Positions 47,708 to 64,000 of a stretch of DNA of 64,000 nt are shown here, piece by piece. Source of the stretch: Amoebidium appalachense. Taxonomy: Eukaryota; Protista; Ichthyosporea. The stretch covers positions 2,812,389 through 2,876,388 of the forward strand of contig CAVNZM010000004.1 of the NCBI GenBank assembly GCA_963693365.1, in the 5' to 3' direction. Every line of letters starts with the position of its first letter. Positions within the stretch are counted from its first letter, which is position 1. The notes beneath the pieces are model-generated. The model was not told the DNA's origin and ran no database searches. It saw only the letters and a list, made by a program, of their open reading frames with translations. The translations under genes were made by a program, and so were the position numbers.

Positions 47708-49114
47708 CCTGTGGAATCTGGCCCGCTGGAATGTTCTTCCGAAACAATCGAAATCGATGATTGGTCGATCTCCGATCTGGTTGCTCGTGCACAGGGTGTA
47801 TCTTTTGTTTTGAATTTTGCTTGAGCTTTGAATTTTTCGGTTTTGCCTGGGACCAACCGGGCCGCCCTCTCGGGGACAAAAAAAATTATCCAGCACAGAA
47901 AAAAAACCCTACCTCAATCTATTTTGAGAGCATCAGGTGTGATCATTTTTGAAACGGAAATAAAAAAACCCAAAGAGACGGGAGATGTCTGCCTAGAAAA
48001 GCGTGCCCCATAATGTGGTGCCTAGACTTGTCTGCCTGCTCAGGCCTTCTTGGTTTCCCGTATTTTTTGCCCTCAAAATTATATCTCCACATATGATGTA
48101 TGCCTGATACGATATATCTCCACATACGATTTGTATGTTGTAAGTGTAACCTCAATTTTTTTTACATGTATATATTGTTGGGTGGAAGTACTGTTGGCCT
48201 TGGTGCCGACAACTCATCACAGCTCACCTACATGTCGTTAATGAACAGCACCTTCCCCCCCCCCTGCCCCCACATAACAAGCCCAACGATCGTAATACAC
48301 AAATTTCGTACCCTTTTCCCTGAATCATACAAGCTGTTTGATTGGATAGATCTTTGAAGCCGAATCCGATTGGCACATCTGGATTGTTTGTGTTGCATGT
48401 GAACCGAAAGGCACTGGCTTGGGAATCGCATGGATCAGAGTACTAGAAGTTCTGGGTGTGTGCCCCACAACCCCCGCGTGAATAATGCCAACATGCACAT
48501 GTCAACTCTGTAGAAATCTTATTTATTGCTATTTCTTGTGGCGAGGAGGCCGATGCAAAAATTGGTTCGATTATCTCTGCATAATACCATACGACCGTAT
48601 TCATCTTATCATATGTAAGCCACCCTGGTCGGCCAGGCGGGCAAATTGCCAAACTTTCAAAGGCACCCTTGATGAGTACGATTCAATTATTATTATTAGT
48701 TAGAATTTTAGATCTCACTGTACTTCAAGGCTTGCTTTGGGCCAAACAGGAGGAAGAATATTAGATGGACAACATGGCCATGGAATGGATGCCGCACGAC
48801 AGTGTGAAGTGTGCGAACACGGAAGAGGGCCAGGGAGCCAACACGTACGTATATATACGCACCCATGGTCATGTTTTTATTGTCAAGTTTAATAATGATC
48901 ATGCATGCAGCGTTCCAGTGTAGGTAGTGACTGATGTGCACATGATGGACCGTGCAAACATTAAGAGTGCGCACGCATGCTCGGTTTACACCTGCTGTCC
49001 TCCGCTTTCTTAACTGCATAATCATGCACAAGGCAGCTAAAGGAACCGGTACCTATGGCAGGCCTAGCTAGCTGGGCTGTAACACATCTAATCGTGGCCT
49101 CAGCACGTCACACA

Positions 49115-49314
49115 TCACACAGCACACAGCACACAGCACACAGCACACAGTACACAGCACACAGCACACAGTACACAGCACACAGCACACAGCACACAGC
49201 ACACAGCACACAGCACACAGCACACAGCACACAGCACACACCACGCACGCACGCACGCACGCACGGACGCACGCACGCACGCACGCATACACATGCACGC
49301 ACGCACACACGCAC

Positions 49315-49378
<64 letters not shown>
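49115..49378. repeat. Compound (CACAG)n-(CACG)n-(CA)n microsatellite
   Basis: Directly visible. Confidence 0.9.
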
Positions 49379-49379
<1 letters not shown>

Positions 49380-49500
49380 CAACCGCTTCAATACACTGGC
49401 CACCCGTGTGATTGGCAGCTCTGTTATCATGAGCACAAAATCTGCGCGTTATCGGCATAGATAAATTACCACGACCACAGATTAGCAGGCTACTGAGACC

Positions 49501-49547
<47 letters not shown>

Positions 49548-50047
49548 TGGCCCCCCGGCCCGCCTTCTTCTCTCCACACTCCCATTTCGTGCCGTCTAAT
49601 TCTCTTTGGACCTTTTTTTTACAATTTTATCCCGTTTTGTTCCTGGAAGGACCCCTTGGGCCCTCAGGGGAACTACCGCCCGTCTTCCACCCAGCACCGA
49701 CTGTCCACAGTACTCTAGCTAGGGTGCTTCGGTATTATTAGCTAAGCTAACACATCTATAACCCTGAGCCGTTCGCCCGGAGGACAATATCGACCAGCTT
49801 TGAAAAATAGAAAAAAATCATTAGAGGCGGCCAAAGTGGACAAACATGCACCAAGCAAATGTTCATATGTCATTCTTTGAGCCCCATCAAAAAAAAACGG
49901 TGTGTTCCTATATGTCCGCACGTGTTATGAACACGTGATTTGTGTCGATTTTGCCAACCGCGGCGGGGTTTCTTTCAAGACAGTTACGTAATATGAATCC
50001 CCGTAAAGATCTCAGCAAATCGGATTGATGCACTTATCAGCCGTTCG

Positions 50048-50252
50048 ATTTAGATATGTTGTTGCTTTTGATTTCCTAATAGGCTCGGCTCAGCCAAGTG
50101 CCCCCCGGGCACGATCATCAGAAACGTACACATACCATGGCATGCACTGCCTCTCTACGAACAAAATCCAAATAACACACCGCACGAAGAAAACCCCTCT
50201 ACCCTGACCTCCCCCTCCACTACCCTCAATGCGTGGACGTGTGTTTGTGTAC

Positions 50253-50341
<89 letters not shown>

Positions 50342-53063
50342 TGTGTGTGTGTGCGTGTGTGCCGTAGCCAATCAGCAAGAGACTAGCTAAAGACGGGGAA
50401 ATGCAACACGGTTCGGGCGGGTGGGTGGGGCTAAGTAGGGCTGATGTGCGGGGAAACAAAGCTAAGACGAGTAGAACGAGTCGCCGCCTATACATTATAC
50501 CCTAGTTGGCTCCCTAGTGGCCACTGATTGTTGGAACATTATTCCAGCCAATCAGTTGGCCTAAATACATCTCTAAATAGAGCTTGATGAATCAAGCGAA
50601 GTATTTAGATATGTTGTTGCTATTTGCGACCACATTCTTATTTTACAGAAATAATACACAAAGCTAGATGGCAGGAGCGGCGCGGCAAGTGATTTTCATC
50701 CAATCATTGAAGGGGACGGGTGCTGCCATCCAATAGGAAGGCACACATTCGCCAAGACCGGACACCGACCGGAAACACCACTTCCTCGGGGCTAGGTCCG
50801 TGTGGGCCTGTGCCATCCCTTGCACCACCGCCCACCATAAGGCGGTGTCCCACACCGGGACCACTAATATTCCCTGCGCACGTTCCCGCTGAATCTTCGC
50901 CACTGTCCGCTTGATCACGGAAACGATGGCGCCCACCAGCTGGGGGCCTGCCATTCGGTGGCAAGCCCATCCTGCCTACCGCTCACGGGGACCACCGCGG
51001 TCCATGTGTGAAACGTGGGTTTGACTGCTGTCACGGGTGTAGCAAACCGATCCACCGCCGTGTGCAATCTGAGTGTCTGCTCGAGACGCTCGACCCCCGC
51101 AGGGGTAACCGACCACTCGTGGCGGGGAATAATCCGCGACAACCAATCCGCACGGTCGTTCACTTCGCCCGGAATGTATGACAGCTCTTGGGGCCAGGGG
51201 AGCCCCTTTTCCAAACACAACTGCAGCAGTGGCCATAGCACTCGCTGCATGGCGGGGCTGCTGCTGCCCTTTTTGCGCACCGCGCCCAAAGCGGCCTGGG
51301 CGTCTGACTGCCAGCGTACGCGCTGGCGTTGGATTAGGGCCTGCATTTCGGGCCTGCGGTAGGCCTCGAGTAGGCCCTCCCACTCCGCCACTGCAGCCGC
51401 CCGCGGTGCATCGCTCTCCGCCCAATGACCGAAAGCATCCACAACCTGCGTGGTTGGTAGGCCCAACTGTAGTACTGCCCCCCACCCGTGTGAGGTGGCA
51501 GCATCTGTGATGAGAGTGGCCGTGATAGGCTCAGGCCAGATTTTCTGTGCGGGGAAGCCGACCTATTATACCCATGGTTTTACCAATAATGCGTAGCTGC
51601 CGACCCGTTAACCGCACAAAGCTACGCCAGTTCCCGCCGCGTAGAGCACCATACACCGGCCGGACAACCGTGAGTACATGACGCACCGCGCGCAAACTAA
51701 CGACCAACCCTAGCCATCTAGCCACCTGCTTCTTTTCCACCCATCGCCGTCCTTTGCGCGCCTTAGCCATTAAAGAGCGTGTTTCCCCCGATAATTTTTC
51801 CAAAGACGCCACTGTGGGAGACAAATACCCTTCCTCCAAATTTATGTGGATGCCCAAATGGTCGAGGGCACTCACTGGGTCCCAATGACCCTTATTCGGA
51901 TGCTTCTTAAGGCCGGCGACTTTCAATTCCTGCTCCACCACCCCGCGTGTGCCGAGTGCCCGTGCCGCCTGTTCGAAGATGGCCCAGTCATCGAGGAAAA
52001 CCAACGAACGGATGCCGCGTGCACGTAACCGACGCGCAAACTCGCGCATAAGGTGCATGAAAAAGTAGGGACTGAGGGAGTAACCGAAGGGAAGCACCGT
52101 GTACTGGTAGAGTTGTCCTCCCACACGAATTTGGAAATGCTTGCGGAACCGGGGTTGAATGGCTAGTGCAAAATATCCGTCTTCGAGGTCGAAACTGAAA
52201 GCGTGGTTACCCGGCTGCGCAAGCGCCCGCAAGTCGCTGAGGGGTTCGTACTTGACACCACGTTCGACGGCGTATTCATTCACAGGACGCATATCAATAA
52301 TGAGCCGGACGTTTACGTTGGGCTTATGCAGCCCAAAAGACTTCGAAACACACCATTTTGCGCTTTCAGGCACTGTCTCGAGGGCCCCCTTACTCACTAA
52401 CCGTTCAACTTCCACCACCGCTTCTGCCTCTGAAACTTCGCCGATATCCAGATAGCCACCTGCATCAAAAGGGGCAGGACGCGCACTCTTCCAATCTGGT
52501 GTGATGCCGTACTTAATCCAGAACAAAACTTCTTTAGACGCACCCCCACGCTCCCACTCATCTACACAGGCACGAACTCTCTGATACAATGGCAGTTGGG
52601 ATGCATCACTTGCATCTCCCATCCTGCCTTCGAAGAGATTGAGACACTACACCTATCTGCAGCACTACGCGCGCTCGCAAACAGTTTACCTACAGCACTA
52701 CGCGCGCTCGTAGAACCTAACTAGAAAGGGCCGCAGCCCAGTTGCCCTCAGGCCGTGGGTGCAGCTCACCCCTACGCAAATAGCTATCTATTTAGATTTT
52801 CCCACCACTGCTAATTACCCTCCACAACTGCTACCTGGGCGCCACGCCGCCCTACCGAGCTACGAGCCTCCTGCCGTCTGTCGGCCCTCTACAGCTAAGT
52901 AGGGGTCGACGGGGAAACAAAGTTAAAACGAGTAGAACGAGTCACCACCTATATACTATATAGTCGGCTCCCTAGTGGCCACTGATTGTTGGAACACTAT
53001 TCCAACCAATCAGTTGGCATAAATACATCTCTAAATAGAGCTTGATGAATCAAGCGAAGTATT
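50048..53063 (-). mobile_element. DIRS-order (PAT-like) retroelement with split direct repeats A1-pol-B1-A2-B2, lacking gag and tyrosine recombinase
   Basis: A1 53063-52894 and A2 50605-50430 (~170 bp direct repeats). B1 50621-50603 and B2 50066-50048 (19 bp identical). AAT occurs at both outer ends and at the B1/A2 junction. The internal ORF is RT-RNase H-MT. Confidence 0.85.
50664..52622 (-). pseudogene. DIRS-type pol: reverse transcriptase + RNase H + N6-adenine methyltransferase-like domain, with two frameshifts (~51550 and ~50920)
   Basis: RT: RLIIDMR, FSFDLEDGYF, LPFGYSLSPYFF, FLDD. RNase H: TDAATSHGWG, AEW, SDAQAA, YIPGEVNDRADWLSR. MT: VDRFAT...DGLATEW...WAP(S)F/SVIKRTVAKI...ILVVPVWDTALWW. 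Confidence 0.9.
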
Positions 53064-53990
53064 CCAGGGTTGGAATCCGTGAATCCCGGGCATCCTCTTG
53101 CCGCCAGCGTTTGAAAATTGGGGGGCCGCTCGCTGAAAATATAGACACAGTTAGGCAGAACACCCACGAGAACCAGGAAAACATAGTCGACCCCGGTATT
53201 TTTGGTGTTTTTCGAAAGTAGAAAACATATACCAAGTTAGGCAGAAATTCCTGGCGTCACGACTATTACGCGTCAGGCGCTATTTTTTTCGAAGGTCGCT
53301 GGTGCATTTATTTTTGAAAATAATCGCACACACTTAGCCCAGGGTATTCACCCCACCTTTGGACCGGAATCAATGTTTGTATAACGGGCTTACTGGAAGG
53401 TGGGCATAGTACACCTCGGGCCTTGTGTGCCTGATACTGCACCATCCACATTACGGTTCGGTTGGACAAAGGAGCTCCACTATGAGCAGACGATTTGTTT
53501 CTGGTTTCGGAAGAGCAGAAGCAACAAAAGCCACGAAAAGCCGAAGCTTGCATTCAAACATAAAAAAATTCAACTTGATACGCATAAACAAACTAAGGCA
53601 ACCACGTTCCAAAAAAAGTTCATTCAACTATGCTATACTGTATTCACAAAGTTATGTCTGGCGCACAAAACCCAATCAGAACTAACTATAGGCAGTGGTG
53701 AGCCACATAGGATTGGTCCAAAATCATGGAGGCACGTAGTACCGCATAACTTGTACCGGTGAGACCAATCATCAGTGCGCACAGTACACCACATGTTGTG
53801 CTCACCAACGGTCGCGGTGGCCGCCATGACGCCTTCTCTCCTCCCGCCTCTCATCCCCACCCCTCCTGTCTCTCCCTCCCTTCTGGCCCCAACGGTCGTC
53901 CTCCCAATCATTCTGCAAGTAAATAAATAAGGTGTAAGGAGAAGAGAAAACTGCAGCCTGATATGCACTATTGTACGTGAATGTGCTGTA

Positions 53991-54197
<207 letters not shown>

Positions 54198-54400
54198 GGC
54201 AGAGGGCCGGGAGCCGGGGGGAGAGGGGGGAGGGGAGGGAGGGAGGGGGGGGGGGGGGGGGGAGGGGGTAATTGTGGACGCAAGAGTGTAAGAAATTGCT
54301 TGACTGGTAGAGGCCTGTGACGGACCACTAGGGAAGTTTATCAATTCCAATCTATCACGTCTGTGTGCTAAGATTCTAAATGCCAAATGATCCGCTGAGG

Positions 54401-64000
<9,600 letters not shown>

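Noticed and set aside
50430-53063. LTR retrotransposon, suggested by the ~170 bp direct repeats
   Set aside because: No TG...CA ends, PBS, protease or integrase. The RT/RH/MT motifs and the extra B repeat indicate a DIRS-order split-direct-repeat element.

Overview
Intron-rich eukaryotic genomic DNA, probably a unicellular opisthokont-type genome (taxon cannot be fixed from sequence alone). Almost every intron is filled with G/C homopolymer runs and (CA)n/(GA)n microsatellites, so most ORFs in the supplied track are low-complexity artefacts. Splicing GT-AG exons by hand gives: the 3' end of a PPR-like gene, HINT3 (-), glycogenin (+), an intronless secreted parallel beta-helix protein (+), a coiled-coil/U-box gene that looks damaged (-), MED31 (+), a Cys-rich type I membrane protein (-), a secreted and probably membrane-anchored 2H phosphoesterase (-), and the 3' part of the G-quadruplex helicase DHX36 (-). 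Mobile DNA comprises a 3.0 kb DIRS-order (PAT-like) retroelement with complete split direct repeats that encodes only RT-RNase H-methyltransferase (no gag, no tyrosine recombinase), a TTAA-flanked foldback MITE in a DHX36 intron, and a LINE-like fragment bounded by CGTAT repeats. The most intriguing items are the recombinase-less DIRS unit (possible two-component retrotransposon), the ecto-2H phosphoesterase, and the G/C-run intron architecture.
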